DNA of 63,139 nt, the filler included, from Choristocarpus tenellus KU-1152 (taxonomy: Eukaryota > Protista > Phaeophyceae), in the NCBI GenBank assembly GCA_964200185.2. It is 10 parts of 10 records of this genome, joined end to end, with 100 filler letters (N's around TTAATTAATTAA, not from the genome) between each part and the next. Parts side by side here need not be neighbours in the genome. Positions count along the whole stretch, not along the records: positions 1 to 12,620 come from CAXNAD020001762.1; positions 12,721 to 17,465 come from CAXNAD020013235.1; 8 more parts are not named here. One strand, 5' to 3'. Shown here in pieces: positions 1 through 12,740 of the stretch. Positions within the stretch are counted from its first letter, which is position 1. The number at the start of each line of letters is the position of its first letter. A model generated the notes under the pieces. The model ran no database searches. It was given only the letters and a program-made list of their open reading frames with translations, and was not told the origin of the DNA. Position numbers and translations under genes: made by a program.

Positions 1-4
1 GGGG

Positions 5-53
<49 letters not shown>

Positions 54-409
54 CGTACAGTAGGGGGGCGAAAACCGAATCTACATATGACATCTATGTA
101 CCTTAAGTATGTGGGAATATTCCTACTGTATTGCACTAAATATGATACAGGCTACAGGAGGGGATGCTCCTTGTAGTACAAGAACCTGTGCTCCCCAATA
201 GGAAAGGAATGATATCTTTCAAGGAACACCCCCTTAACACTGGGGGGAGGAGGAAAGCCATCATTGAGTCATTACAAGCCTTGTATGAAAGAAAAAAACT
301 TACTCGGGGCTATTCATAAAAGCCTTAGAAACGATGTGGACAGCAGTGATGTAGAGCATCTACTGTTGTGTATAGCATGATTACCATTGCCTTCACCGTC
401 ATATTGGTT

Positions 410-410
<1 letters not shown>

Positions 411-440
<30 letters not shown>
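411..440. repeat. (AC)n microsatellite
   Basis: Direct run of AC dinucleotides. Confidence 0.95.
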
Positions 441-445
<5 letters not shown>

Positions 446-1174
446 CATTTCATAGCCACCTTCACAATGTAACAGAACCAACACTGGGCAGTTACACAGC
501 AATATTTGGAGTGGGCAGGTGGGCACAAAGGCCTAAGGGGACCAGGAAAGTCAAATCTCCACCTTCACATCGAGACTTCAAGAACATTTGTGGGAAGGTG
601 GTGGGAGGGGGGGGGGGGGGCATAGCCCCGACAAGGGCGAAAAGCATCAAGACAAAAGTCTAGTCTTCTCTAAAACTTTCAGGATACAGGAATAATTGAT
701 AGAACCAGTGCAGTCTAAATGTGTATAAAAATACCGCAAAGGATGCGGAGAATGACCGGCTGATATATTGATCGCCCTATCTCTACACCTCCCACGCAAT
801 GATTTTTGCCCCAGCCCCAGCCAACATTCAACCCCCACAAATATGGTCATGTCGACAACAGCCTTACATACCACACAGACATACCCACTCCCAACATCTT
901 TTGCATCACCACACGTATTCACCTCTCCGATACAACAGCCCCACACCCACTACTCTAACTGACTCAACAAGAACAACACCAACTCTGCACTCAAAGTGTC
1001 ATGCAAAAGATTGATCACGAATGGTTGATTAGGAGAAAATATCAATGGCCAGATGGGCAAACTGTAGTAATCTGTCAATTGTAAGGATAAAGAACAAGGA
1101 AAGGAACAAAAATTTGCTTACCCTGTACCACCCTTATGCTCCCATGTACCTGGATAGACCATCTCTTCTGCTCT

Positions 1175-4100
1175 TCACTTCACTTCATCAATTCCATCCA
1201 ACAACGGCGGGCTACCTTCCAAGGCCTGCTTAACACCTTCCTGCTTTACCTTCAGGTTCACATCTCCCTCTGCACTAATTCCTTCCCCTCCTACTGCTGC
1301 TGCTGCTCCATCTACATCCATGTCACTACACCTTTCACTACCATCAACTCCACCATCACTGCTTTGAGAATATTGGGAAAATTTGGCATTGCGTGAAGGG
1401 ATCGACTTCGATTGAGTCACTTGAGATCTCACCAAGTTGTCCTCTGTACCCTCTGGAGACAAAATAGACCTTGACTCCCCTCCATCTGTCACCACTTTCG
1501 CCCCAGTAGTTTCTATGCTAGCATGTACTTTGGCACCCCCCTCCCTGCCCTCTGACTTGAATCTTTTACTATTTGGACCCGCCTCCTCCTGTTTGACCCT
1601 TTTCCCACCAGTTCCAAACGCCATTTTTTTTTCTTGAACTGATATCGAGACTCCAGGGGCTGGGGTCAACCTGGCCTGCTCCCCCTCACTTGCACCATTT
1701 CCTCCTGGCATTGTCACCTTCTCAGCTCTTTTTGTAACCTGCACAGGCCCTCCCAAATATTCCACAGTCAAAAACCTCTGTGCAACCCCAGCAACATCTG
1801 ACTGGTCAACCTTCACGCATTTCACCTTTGGAACGTCTAATCGAGAGGCCCCAAGGACCTGCACTTCCTTCCCAACATCTGTATCTCCACCAGAGTGTGA
1901 GCGGTTCTGCTCTCCAACAGACGAGTCAGGGTCATCGCCAGGACACTTACAGGACCGAAGCATTGGAGGTTGTACTGAAGTCGCCAGGTTTGTAGGGGTG
2001 GGGAAAGATGTAGGAGGAGAAAGTAATTTGGGACCAGCAACAGTGGAGGAAGCAGGAGCTGGAGCAGGGGCTGCGGCAGAGGGGACTAAAGAAGACGCGC
2101 CCTTTGAGGAGCACAAAGTTGTGGTTGATGATGATGGTGGTGGTGGCCTGGATTTAGAAGTTGGCAATCCCCCCCAGAGCTGCTTCTTTGCTGCTGCTGA
2201 GAGAGATGTGGCAGTAGAGGACGGCATGGAATCAATAGCAGCGATCGCGACAGTGCTTTGGGGAGCAGCTATCGGGCCAGCTGACCCCGATTCCTTGCTA
2301 TGCACAAGGGATTGACTGGATCTACCTGACTCCCTTGCCCCACCACCACCTTTACCTCCACCTGCAACACCTCTCATATCACCAACTGATACTTCAGTAC
2401 CGCCTGTTGATGACTGGATGAGGCTATCCCTTGCCTCAACATCCTGTGAGGCCTTACACAGCTTCTGCAGAGCACACAACGCCACCACATCCCCACCTTT
2501 GTTAATATCCTTGGTCGGCACCTTTCCAGCAGGCTTCATGGAACTACCCACGTCCCTCCCCACTCCACTGCCAGATAGAGTTTGAGCTGCAGAACCCTTT
2601 TCATTTCCATTTTTTCCCCTATTCAACTGACTATTGGCCCCCCATGATGAACCTTGACCTTGCACCACCTTCCACCCAACTGCTTGCCCTGCAGTCTTCC
2701 CCAGTCCGGGCAAGAGTCCCACCCCTGGAGGCTTCTGTCCAACCCCTGCCATCCCTGGTCCCAACTCTGTGCCTAGCCATGGACGTTGCGGATCATTCGC
2801 AGAAGACTTTTGGAGATTTCCTGACTGGGTCGGTGGCACATCATCCTTACCCTGCCCATTCCTGCGTCCCTCAGCACTCATCTTCCTCAGTGCATCCCCT
2901 GCAAGCTCTGCACTAGTACGGTGTAATCCAGGGATTGTCTTGGCACTGCCGCCAACCCGCTTTTCCCCCATGCCTTCCGCAGCACCCTTGGTTCCTGATG
3001 ACTCAGCCTCGCCATGGGGAAACGGCGGTTGCCGTCCCTTGTCTCCCCCCCTCGAACCCGCCTCTCCACCTTCCCCTCCTGGTTTTGACGGATTGTCCTT
3101 GGATTCAATACCCTTTGCAGCTCTGAGAGCCTCCTGTGCTAGGCTAACCCCAGTCTTGCGAGAGAACTTTTGACTCCGAGTGAGGGCTTTCCATCTTATT
3201 TTCACGGCATTTTCTGTTCTTCCAGGGAGGTGCTTTGCTATCTCTGCCCACTTGTTGCCAACCTCAGCCTATTGTACAGGCATTGTGCAGAGGGACACCA
3301 AAGGGAGAAAACGGGAGGGATTGATTGTGAGAGTGGCTTGGTGCCAACACACAGAGGACTGGGTGGAAGGGAAGACACGACAACAAAAATACTTTCACAA
3401 CATATAAAAGAGAAGGGTTTGGGAAGTCAAAATACAGATCGGACAAAAAGAAAATTACGGTTTTTAACATTGCTTTCGTGAGTGTGACAAACTCGACCCC
3501 CTTATATTAGAGCAGGTGAGCACAACTCTCTTACAACTCGAAAAACATTAAATGGTCAAATCCAAGCTCAACCACATTGCACAAATATCCTGTGCAGGTG
3601 TACACCATACGTTGTGGTAGATCGGATCAAAGTGAAGACTTGTTCAACATTGTAACAAAACAAATGCCTGTGGCACTGCCAACCTACTCTCAACCTTTCG
3701 TTCAATCTAACCCCATCAAGAACAGCACTTGAGCAGCCCACAGCACACTCTAGGAAACCAGGTGTTACAGGAAGGGGGGGGTCACCTGCAGGCACACAAT
3801 GAGGTCATCCTCCTTAGCAGTGTAGTCACCCTTTCGAACTGTGGGATCCAGGTGATGACACCAGCGCTCACGGCATTGCTTTGAAGTTCGACCCTCCATG
3901 AATGACGCCACCTGACCCCAGTTGCGGAATCCTTTCTCAACCAGGCTCACCAGCCTTTCATCCTCATCCGATGCCCACTGACCCTTAACTAAACCCGGCT
4001 TGAGGACCTGAGAGATGTATACCAATACACAAGTAATAAGCAACCGTTGGCAGAGAGGACCAAGGGCCAATACATGGAGTGAGGAGGCAAGTCAAGGGGA

Positions 4101-5481
4101 AGTGCAGCACATGCCAGTGCGAAGGGTGGCAGTGTGGAGAGAATGCCTTGAAGTTCAGACCAAATGTGGACATTGGTGGGACCGTTGGAACAGACAAGTG
4201 TCCACCTATTGGAACATGGGAGTATTTGTAGGTAGGTCCTACAGAGCACCCTGCTAGTTGCAAAATCAACTTGTGGTATGTGCTAGAAATTCTCCACACA
4301 GATGTGTGTGTGTATGTGTGTGTGTAGGGTGGGGGGGGGGGGCAACCACTACTCTAACGTTTCCTGAATCACTACTGTAAACTGAGAAAGCAGCAATCTA
4401 ATCTAATGCAGAAGGTCGACTTAATCCTGCTGGAAGCATACCACTCAGTAAAAAAAACGATGTATCCAGGGAAAAGGGGTGAAAGTGGCTTGAAGGGAGC
4501 TCTACCCTCTCCCCACCCCTCCACCCCCCCCTCTCCCTCTTCACACTAATTAGTCCCAACATTCAACTCACCTTTTTCCAACGCTGAAGGCACTGTACAT
4601 GATTGCGCGTAATCACCATCCTGGCAATATCCTTCCACCTTGTCTCGTCATACTGCACACAAGATATGATGTAGGCAGCATGGATTGAAGAAAATGAGTG
4701 GTGAGGAGGGTTAATGAGGGTAGGCGGGAGTAAGTTAGAGATATCGAGCAGGTGAGACTTTAATATGTTTAACACAAAACTCCCCTTCTCAAACAATTCC
4801 AAGAAGATAATCGGTGACGTGACAAAAACGCACCCTACTCGCGCCCGCACGAGGTAGGTCAACTGACCGTTGATGTCGGACTGGCGGAGGCCAAAGACAA
4901 GGCTAACACCCTTGGTGTAGTTACTGATGAACACGTTTCGAGTTCCACGGCTAGCACCAGGGAATATTTATTTACAGAGGAGAGTGCCTGGCATTTGGGG
5001 TAAAAACATTACCACGAGGGGTGGGCATGCGGAAGAAGTCCTTCACAGCAGTGAGACCTGACGTGCGATGTTCTTAACGAACCTTGAGGACAGCTAGACG
5101 CAAACGAGCGTCCTCTTCCACGCTCCACTTGACAGGCTTCGTCCGCTTAGTACCCTCGCCTTGCTTCACCGCCTGCACCACGCCCACCTCTTCTCTTGGT
5201 CCGCCTTGGTCTTTGTATTGGACTAGTAAAAGAGATTCACCAGGAGGAGTCGCAACCTTTGGCGCGAGTTTCCGAAGTGGTGCTACGGTTTTCTTTTTCT
5301 CCTCCTCCACAGGAAGAGTTGGTACCTCTTTTCCTTCGACACTACTAGAGACAGCACCCTCCGTCACCTCGACCATTTTAGGTGGTGTTTCACCCAAGGC
5401 TGGTCCACCATCTCCCTCTGCATTTAGAGAGTAGAAGAAGGCGTGAAACGCGATTTTGTTAGAAGGTAAGGCAACACGCAT
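1175..5481 (-). CDS. MYB3R: R1R2R3-type (3R) MYB transcription factor; exons approx. 5481-5083, 4652-4572, 4007-3786, 3268-1175
   Basis: GT-AG splicing, all phase 0, joins R1 (KWSVEEDARLRLAVLK|YDETRWKDIARMVITRNHVQCLQRWKK|VLKPG), R2 (GQWASDEDERL...WGQVASFMEGRTSKQCRERWCHHLDP) and R3 (KGDYTAKEDDLIVCLQ|AEVGNKWAEIAKHLPGRTENAVKIRW), followed by a long low-complexity C-terminus. Start codon uncertain. Confidence 0.92.
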
Positions 5482-7016
5482 CTACCAGGGATTATCGTAG
5501 GGTGTCGCGTGTACTCAACACTCAGCAATAAGAAAAACGGCGAACCAGCTCTTTGACTTCCAGCGTTGCCGTGACTGCTCCAACCACGTACAGAGTGAAT
5601 CGTAACTCAAGACTTTTCATAGAACGCCTTAAGGTGTCTTTACCGAACTATCGGTACGAGACCACCGTGTCGTATACCTGCACTCGGTGTGTCCTCCATC
5701 AGCAAGGTGACCAGCTACGCTGAAGTGTTGAAATATAGATTCTGCACAAGATGGTGTGGCAAGGGACCGTCTCTATTCTCTATTCCAAATCACTGGCTCT
5801 ACTTCTCTTGAGACATACACACAACAATACTGGTTGATGGTTGCTACTCCATTTCTTCCATTCTCAATTCTTTACACTTACCAACAACAAACTCGTTATA
5901 AACACGACAATACTAGAACAAAAAAGAATTACTGGTACATCTACGTATTTTTTCCAATAAATAAACAAAAATAATTTCAGACAAAAAGAATAAAGGCGAG
6001 ATGATGAAGTATTCATATAATTAGTTAATATTTATAATATGTAACTGTGGGTAGTGGGAGAAATTCTTTATTGGTGATTGACGAATGGGGTGGGCGTATT
6101 GGGTTGTGGAAGTGAAAAAGAAAAACAGTCATAGATGATAAAATGGAAGATAAGGACGACAGTAGTACAATATTTGATTGTGGTGAAGTAACTGATTAGT
6201 GGTTTCCACGCAATGTCTTACAGTATTCTTATGTTTAGGACATTTTATATAGTTTTCATTGGTTTCCCCATGACACATCTGCAAAATGTCAGAGGGCATA
6301 ATAAAATAAAAAGTAAAATGAAATGGATTCAATGCAGGATTTGGAGAATAGGAAGTTAAGAGGAAATTGGTGGTGTACTCTGGAAGGTTTGGGGAAAGGA
6401 TAATATGGGGAAACTGAAGGTATTTTATTTTGTGAGAAGTTTTTCCCACCCACCCACCCTACCCATAACTCGCAATTGAGTGGGACGATGGGAGATAGTG
6501 AAGGGGTCAAGGTCGGGCTGGAGTAGATACCTTCTAGTACAAAGCCACCAATCGTACAGGAGTGGATGTTGAATGGAAGAGTGGTCTGCATGATTTTTTG
6601 TTATTTTGGGAGGAGGATTGGCCCCGAACCAAATATGCTGATAGCAACACACCTTTGACGGAATATGTATGTACTTGCGTTGTATGGGATGATGATCATG
6701 ATATTTCCATGCTTGTAACATCGCAGGTAAAACACTGTGCCTGGATGACTACTTGTATTTTGTACCTTCACTTTGATTATTATTCGGAGTAATAAGTAGT
6801 GCCCAATTGTCAGGTGCGATAGTTTAATGGTTTCAGTTTAATTTATTGAGAAAATATCCAAGAGCGCAACAACAGAAACATTCAGTTATTCGTTTTTTTA
6901 TTCAAATTAGGTACCACCAGTCAGCAACCTCCCTCCAAATCACACGTATCCCTTTGGAATGGACAGTTTGATCGATATATCGACATTTTTCTACCCAAAT
7001 TAAATTTAACCGAAAA

Positions 7017-7424
7017 TTGTTTCACTTCACAACATTATTACCATATTTTTTCCTAAATATCCTTTATATTCAGAATTATTTAGAACTTAAATATATATCA
7101 AGAAAGTGGAATTTAAGTTTGAGGAAAAGAAAAAATAATATATATACAACCAGATTCTTCCTCTTAAGGAATCACACATTGAGTTCAAATTCATTGTTGA
7201 GGAATTATGTACAAATCTCGATTTGTCGATGCAACCTAGTTTGTTACTATCTACACAAAACTTGTAGACATCACTTACCATATTATCAACATGAATATAT
7301 GATTCGTTCCTATGTGTTAAGGGAAGATAAATTTTGTATTATTGACCTACCTCATCTTGATATAATAACCTTATGTTATGATAAAAGAGGGAAGAAAAAG
7401 GTGTATAGAAATATTTTGTTGTGA
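7017..7424 (+). other. AT-rich intronless ORF with a weak F-box-like N-terminus
   Basis: LLPYFFLNILYIQNYLELKYISRKWN resembles the F-box tail L..VSK.W; non-ATG start; very AT-rich context. Confidence 0.25.
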
Positions 7425-7721
7425 TTTGATGAACAATTGTGTACAAATCTTATGTTGCGATTTAGTGGAAGAAAAAAATGTGTAGAAATGTTACATTGTA
7501 TTTCAATAGGAAAAAAAATTGTGGACAAATCTTATATTACTATTATTACTACTACTACTACTACTACTACTGACTGCTCTCAAGAATATGAATGCAAACG
7601 ATTCATATCCACAAATGAAAAATTGAACAGTTAACTAAATCTTTCATTTGTTTTGCTCACGAATTCTGGATTATTATTATTATTTGCTCTTTCCTAATTT
7701 GTCCTTCCTCTATTCTCTATT

Positions 7722-7997
7722 CCCCATTTGATGGCCAAGCATTGCGATTGCCCTTCGTCAATGATTGCCAGCCATCCCCATTTGATGACCAACCAGTGCG
7801 AATGCCCTTTGTCTATGATTGCCAGCCATCCCCCCATTTGATGACCAGCCAGTGCAAATGCCCTTCGTCCCTGATTGCCAGCCATCCCATTCAATGACCA
7901 ACCAGTGTGAATGCCCTTCGTCACTGATTGCCAGCCATCCCCACATTCGATGGCCAACCAGTGCGAATGCCCTTCGTCACTGATTGCCAGCCATCCT
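7722..7997. repeat. Minisatellite, ~54-bp unit x5
   Basis: Unit ~CCCATTTGATGACCAACCAGTGCGAATGCCCTTCGTCACTGATTGCCAGCCAT repeated five times with substitutions and a variable C-run. Confidence 0.92.
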
Positions 7998-8181
7998 TTC
8001 AACCCACACAAGTTCCCACTCCCCTCAACCCCACAGCAGTTCTCACACCACTCAACACCACTCCACACTCATCCAAGAACACCCTTTCATGATCCCCTTC
8101 AAACCGTGCCTTTGAGCTAGAAGACATCTACCTCGCCGTAACTTGACCTCCCCTCCCGTTTCGGGGTTGATTTCTTCTATC

Positions 8182-9260
8182 TCATCTCGTTACCTCCTGA
8201 CCTGGTTGTACCCAATCCTTCCTACTCTCTGCCAAGCCCTTTGACACTGACACTGGGTCCTTCTGGTTTGCCCTTACGTACATCATAAACGCCCTCGACT
8301 TCCACCTCCCTTCCCGCTGTATTACTAATTCTGATACCCCTATGCTTGCCAATCTCGTGGCTCCCCCTATCCTACCCGAATGCAGGGCATACTCTTCTGG
8401 TCTTAGCCTAAGCTCTTTTGCTATCCTCCTCAACACACATGTTGCTTGGCCCCTCGTAATCACTCTCCATCCCCCTTCCTGTCTACAAGTCGTTAGAGGG
8501 GCATCCAGGGGAAGTTCTGGGAAACATTCCATAATAGCCATCACTACCTCCCATCCTCCCATACTTTCTTCTCCCCCTTCCTTCCCTTCCTTATATCTTG
8601 TCAACACTGCTCCTTTTCTGCCCTGGTCCCCTTTTGACCCTGTGAACGTTACCTCTACTTTTTCTGCCTGGTGTCTCTCTTCCCAACTTAATCTTCTTAC
8701 TCCCCTCCTCCATACCACGTCCCTCCTTCTTACTGTGAAATCCGCATGAACTCCTCCCCCTTCGTCATACGCCCACAACTCTGAGGCTCTAGCTAGAAAG
8801 AAGAACGAGAAACCCAGACCTAGCCTTGTCAATTTACCTTCCCTACCTAGCATTTCAGTGCATTGCTTCGTCTCTACAATCATTCTCCACGTTAGGGTCT
8901 CCTCTTTCTGGACTCGCTTCCTACTTTTGTGTGACTCCTTCCTATTCCTTTGAGTACAGATTGGATCATGAAATGTTGTGTGTGAAGCTGTAAGTTGAGG
9001 AAATGTTTATGGTAGTATTGGATTGCTGCTATCTTACCCTTAACTGTGCTTACTTGATTCCCCCTACTTCCACAACAGAAACCCATGAACTCTGCTAGGG
9101 CCTTGCCTTACTACCTCTATCTCTCTACTCCCAGGGTCTAACCACCTACTCAATCCCCTATATGTGCGGAACTCAGACCATTGGTCCCAAGCTGCTTCAT
9201 AACACTTCTGAGTAGATGGTGCAACCGACCCTCTAGCGTACACTGCTGCAAGGCACTCAA
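8182..9260 (-). pseudogene. Tyrosine recombinase of the DIRS/Ngaro element (split over three frames)
   Basis: STQKCYEAAWDQW...VKGKIAAIQYYH...RKRRP(fs)LTWRM...RASE...HSGR...GRW..Y: the R-HxxR-W-Y catalytic set. Confidence 0.88.
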
Positions 9261-9780
9261 ACACACCATCTTCCCTTCCCGACCCAGGGGCCTGCTCCTG
9301 CCAGTCAATGCACGGGCAAATACGTTGGAGGTTAGGTTGAATCTCATCCCTCTTCCACCTTGAGATACCATCTGCTAGGTCATTCTGTTTCCCTGCTACA
9401 TGTTCCGCTACAAATGACCATTCGCCTGCTATCTCCAACACCCCCATTATTCTCATCAAGCCTCCTGCTCTCCTATCCTTTGCCCCCCCACACTTACGGA
9501 ATCAGTGCACTGCAGAGTAATTGTCCCCTTTCAGCAACACTGGGTCTCACTTCTTCTCTGCTTTTCCCTTTACCCTCATGACCAGTACCCATGCATTCAT
9601 TATCATTCCTAGTAACTCTAAGACATTGATATACTCCCCCCTTCTCCTTTTACTACACTACGCATAATATCCTTCTTCACGTTTTCTGGGAAGTCATATC
9701 TCTACCACTTACCCGTCTCTACGTTGTACCCTCCTACTGCTGAAAAACATGCATCCGAATGCCATGTCGTACCTGGAGGT

Positions 9781-10039
9781 GAGTGAAAGTATCTTAGAGG
9801 GTACGAGTTTTTCCCTGTTTGTCCATTTCAGGCTTGGCTTCCCACGGGTTTTTTATAACATTTTACCTACTCCAAAATATTTCGGAGTAGGTAAAATGTA
9901 TACGTTATGAAAAGGTGTGTCCGGAACAAGGATATTGACATCTTCTAACAAACATGATAGCCAAAAATACATCAAAATTGCGACATTGGATTTTGGCCAT
10001 CAAATGGACACGGCTCTACCCTCTCAGATACTTTGACTC
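9781..10039. mobile_element. 259-bp MITE (family A, Sola2-like) inserted between RT and RNase H; TSD AGGT
   Basis: TIR GAGT(G/C)AAAGTATCT(T/G)AGAGGGTA; AGGT at 9777-9780 and 10040-10043; removing it restores FVSRPPGTTWHSDA. Confidence 0.93.
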
Positions 10040-12620
10040 AGGTCTTGACACAAAACCCCAAAACGGGGAGCTCAAGCTTTCTCCTTCCTCAGCCAAACCA
10101 TGTTCTACCACCCACCTCCACCAATTCAAGTCTCTTTGAATTCCTTTCCTATCCTGACTTCCCTCTTTGCTTCTCTTGGGCCTTCCCTCTGTTCAACCTT
10201 TCCCCCCCCCCTTGCTATCCTACCCACCCACCCCCGTTTCTGGTGCAACCCCGACAGGTGTACCAGCCGCCAAAGAAAAAATCCCTGGGCGTATGACGTA
10301 CGACATGTGAAACAGTCGACCCAGCAACACTCATACCTCCTGCACCTTCGCTACCAACTTCGATTCTGGCCACTCCCCTAACAATGCCTTCAAACCCGTC
10401 AACTTTCCCTCTGGTAGGGCAATGGTCATCTTCTCTGTATCTATCTCCCATCCTACCACTACCTGTGTGGTATGCCATCCTGTTAGTTTTTTTGCTGACA
10501 GAATGGGGGGTTCATCGACGTCTCTCTGGCCTAGCAACCGTATGTGGTCGGAGACTACCGAATTTGTTGCTAGCTTCAGTCTCCGCCCATCTTCAAACCA
10601 TTGGGGCTCTACCAAAATGCTATCATCTACGTACATTCTGGAAAAAAAAGGGTCCTCCACCCCCCCCTGCTATGTCCTGCACCTTCCATGTCTCGTTTAT
10701 GGTCCTAACCTCCCTCCTGCCTTCCTGCTTCGAGTATGTTACACCTACCCCAATCCTTTCTGCTTCGTCAAGGACTACTGTCGACTTGGGATCTGTATGA
10801 CAGTGTGAAAATTCTAGTGCACTCGCTAGAAGGTCCCACCACCCCGGGCTATTCCTCCACCCAAATTGGATTCTAAAGTCAATCACTAGCAAATCTCCAA
10901 CACAATATCCAAACTTTGCTGCCCCTTGTGGTTCTACTGGTACTTGGCGAAAGGTATCTTTCACATCCATCTTACTAATCATAATCCTCGCCCCGGGAAC
11001 TTCTTCCTTAAACCCACAATTCTCCTAATTACGTCCCCTATGACTGTTCCACAATGTACGGGGGGGGCATCCTCTAACTCTGTCTGGTCATTCACACTCG
11101 GCCCCCAACTCCCTTGCTGGTACGACAGAGCGTGAATAATCCTTACCTTCGTGGGTTCTTGAATTACACCAACTGGGGACACCTACAATCCTGGGATCTT
11201 CCCCCAACTCCTTTATGGGAACACCAAAGCTCTACCCTGGGTCACATCACTCACTACCTTTTCTAGTAGGGCCTTCTTCTTACTTCTTGCACTCGTGTGG
11301 TTTCCATACTCTAGTCTCTCCTCAACACCGCCTATTCCCCTTACGCACACTAGCACTCCCTTGCTCACTACCTGTTGGAGTTGCGCTATCTGTGGGAACC
11401 CGATCTTTTTCCCCAAATGGTCATCAATCGTCTCCCAATTCAATCGTTTGGGACTCCATCTTTTCCCTAGCCTATCCACTAGAGTCCCCAAGTCCCCTCC
11501 ACACTCTCCTATTAGTACTTTCCCTTTTCTTGCCAACTCCTCCATTCCCTCCCCTAACATTACCCCTTCCTTTTCTCTCTTCCAATCTTGCCATACTCTC
11601 AACCAATCTTCAAAGTCATCCGTCATTCCCCTTCCCCCCCCATCTCTACCTTTGAGTGTCCCAGCGTATTGACCCTGGTGTTGGAATCCCCGACGTCTCT
11701 TGTCGACGTTGTGGAAGTCTTGACGTCCATTGATCTCCTCCTGCCGGCCCGCCCTGGGTAGGGGTGGGCCCGCGTCTTCATGGGTCTTTCTTTTTAGCCT
11801 TGTCCTCGGTCTGGGCTTCCTTCTCTCTCTCTTCTCCCCCTTCTTCAAAATGGTCGTATTTGCAGAAACCATTTCTTTTCAGGAATTCACACTCCTTTCC
11901 TGACTTCCACGCATAACACGGGTTGTCGGTCCTTCCCTCTTCTCTTGGTACTCCTGCTCAATTTCGGTCTTCAGCCCTGGGGGATTTTGAAGCCCTTGTC
12001 TCCCCCCATATCCCCGCCCTCTTCATGGATCGGGAGCGGGACACAGTGCTATACAAGGCGGGTAGCATGTTCTTTGCTTGGGCCAATGTCGCTTCTACAC
12101 ATGTAAAATGCGGGCTCGGCGGAAGTGGTACCCTCGTGTCATGGGGAGGTGGTGTGTTAAATTTATTCCCTATAATATCAGCCGCTGCCGCCAACCGCTT
12201 TTCCCAACACATGAGGTCCTCCTCTACTGCTCTGAAGATTAGCTCCACGATCCGTGGACTCTCTAATAGGGTTGGTTTATTGGCCCTGTAAAACATGCGA
12301 ACTTTACGTCGAGCCTCTTCTAAATCATCTATTACCCGTTCTGTTCTTCTCTTCCCCCTATTCCACCTATCCCCATATTTACAAATCCTCACCATGGCTG
12401 CCACAAAGCAGTCGAAGTTATCAAGTAGTTCGTAGTCTCCTTTGACAGTCTCCCTCCCTAGCTCCCCTTTCGGTATGTATTCTCTTATCGTGAAGCCTGC
12501 CAGGTGTTCCAGCTGTGCTGCAACCTCTTCCGTCACATCCGCCGTCCTCCTCCACTATCCCCTGCAACTCGTGTTAAAGTATCCCCAAAATCATCAAAGA
12601 ACATAAAGGTGATAAACCTG

Positions 12621-12720
12621 NNNNNNNNNNNNNNNNNNNNNNNNNNNNNNNNNNNNNNNNNNNNTTAATTAATTAANNNNNNNNNNNNNNNNNNNNNNNN
12701 NNNNNNNNNNNNNNNNNNNN
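12621..12720. other. Artificial contig-joining spacer (N44-TTAATTAATTAA-N44); also at 17466-17565, 24882-24981, 30447-30546, 33746-33845, 44176-44275, 48137-48236, 52985-53084, 57107-57206
   Basis: Identical 100-nt spacer with a six-frame stop 12-mer, present nine times. Confidence 0.98.
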
Positions 12721-12740
12721 CCCCCCAGATACTTTGGGTC

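Larger units (their letters stand above)
8182..12536 (-). mobile_element. DIRS-order (Ngaro-like) tyrosine-recombinase retrotransposon, frameshifted
   Basis: Order gag-like (11958-12536), RT (SPVGVIQEPTKVRIIH, KMDVKDTFRQVPV, QFGWRNSPG, MYVDD), RNase H (WHSDA, GDNYSAV, HVAGKQNDLADGISR), YR (FFLARASE, HSGRIGGAT, GRWKSRAFMMY). No methyltransferase domain seen. Confidence 0.9.

Noticed and set aside
1-53. Leading poly-G tract
   Set aside because: At the window edge and uninterpretable; could be a family-B-type G-run or a sequencing artefact.
1437-3481. Plus-strand ORFs over the MYB last exon
   Set aside because: Antisense shadows of a GC-rich coding exon.
6129-6320. RING-finger-like ORF (C..H..KCPK..HC)
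   Set aside because: The DNA matches repeat modules at 17195 and 37441, where the frame is not conserved.
7722-7997. CRISPR-like array
   Set aside because: Units are contiguous with no unique spacers and no cas genes; ordinary minisatellite. ORFs over it are repeat translations.
12621-12720. Recurrent TTAATTAATTAA palindrome as a biological repeat or recombination site
   Set aside because: Always centred in an identical 100-nt N spacer; it is an artificial six-frame stop linker.
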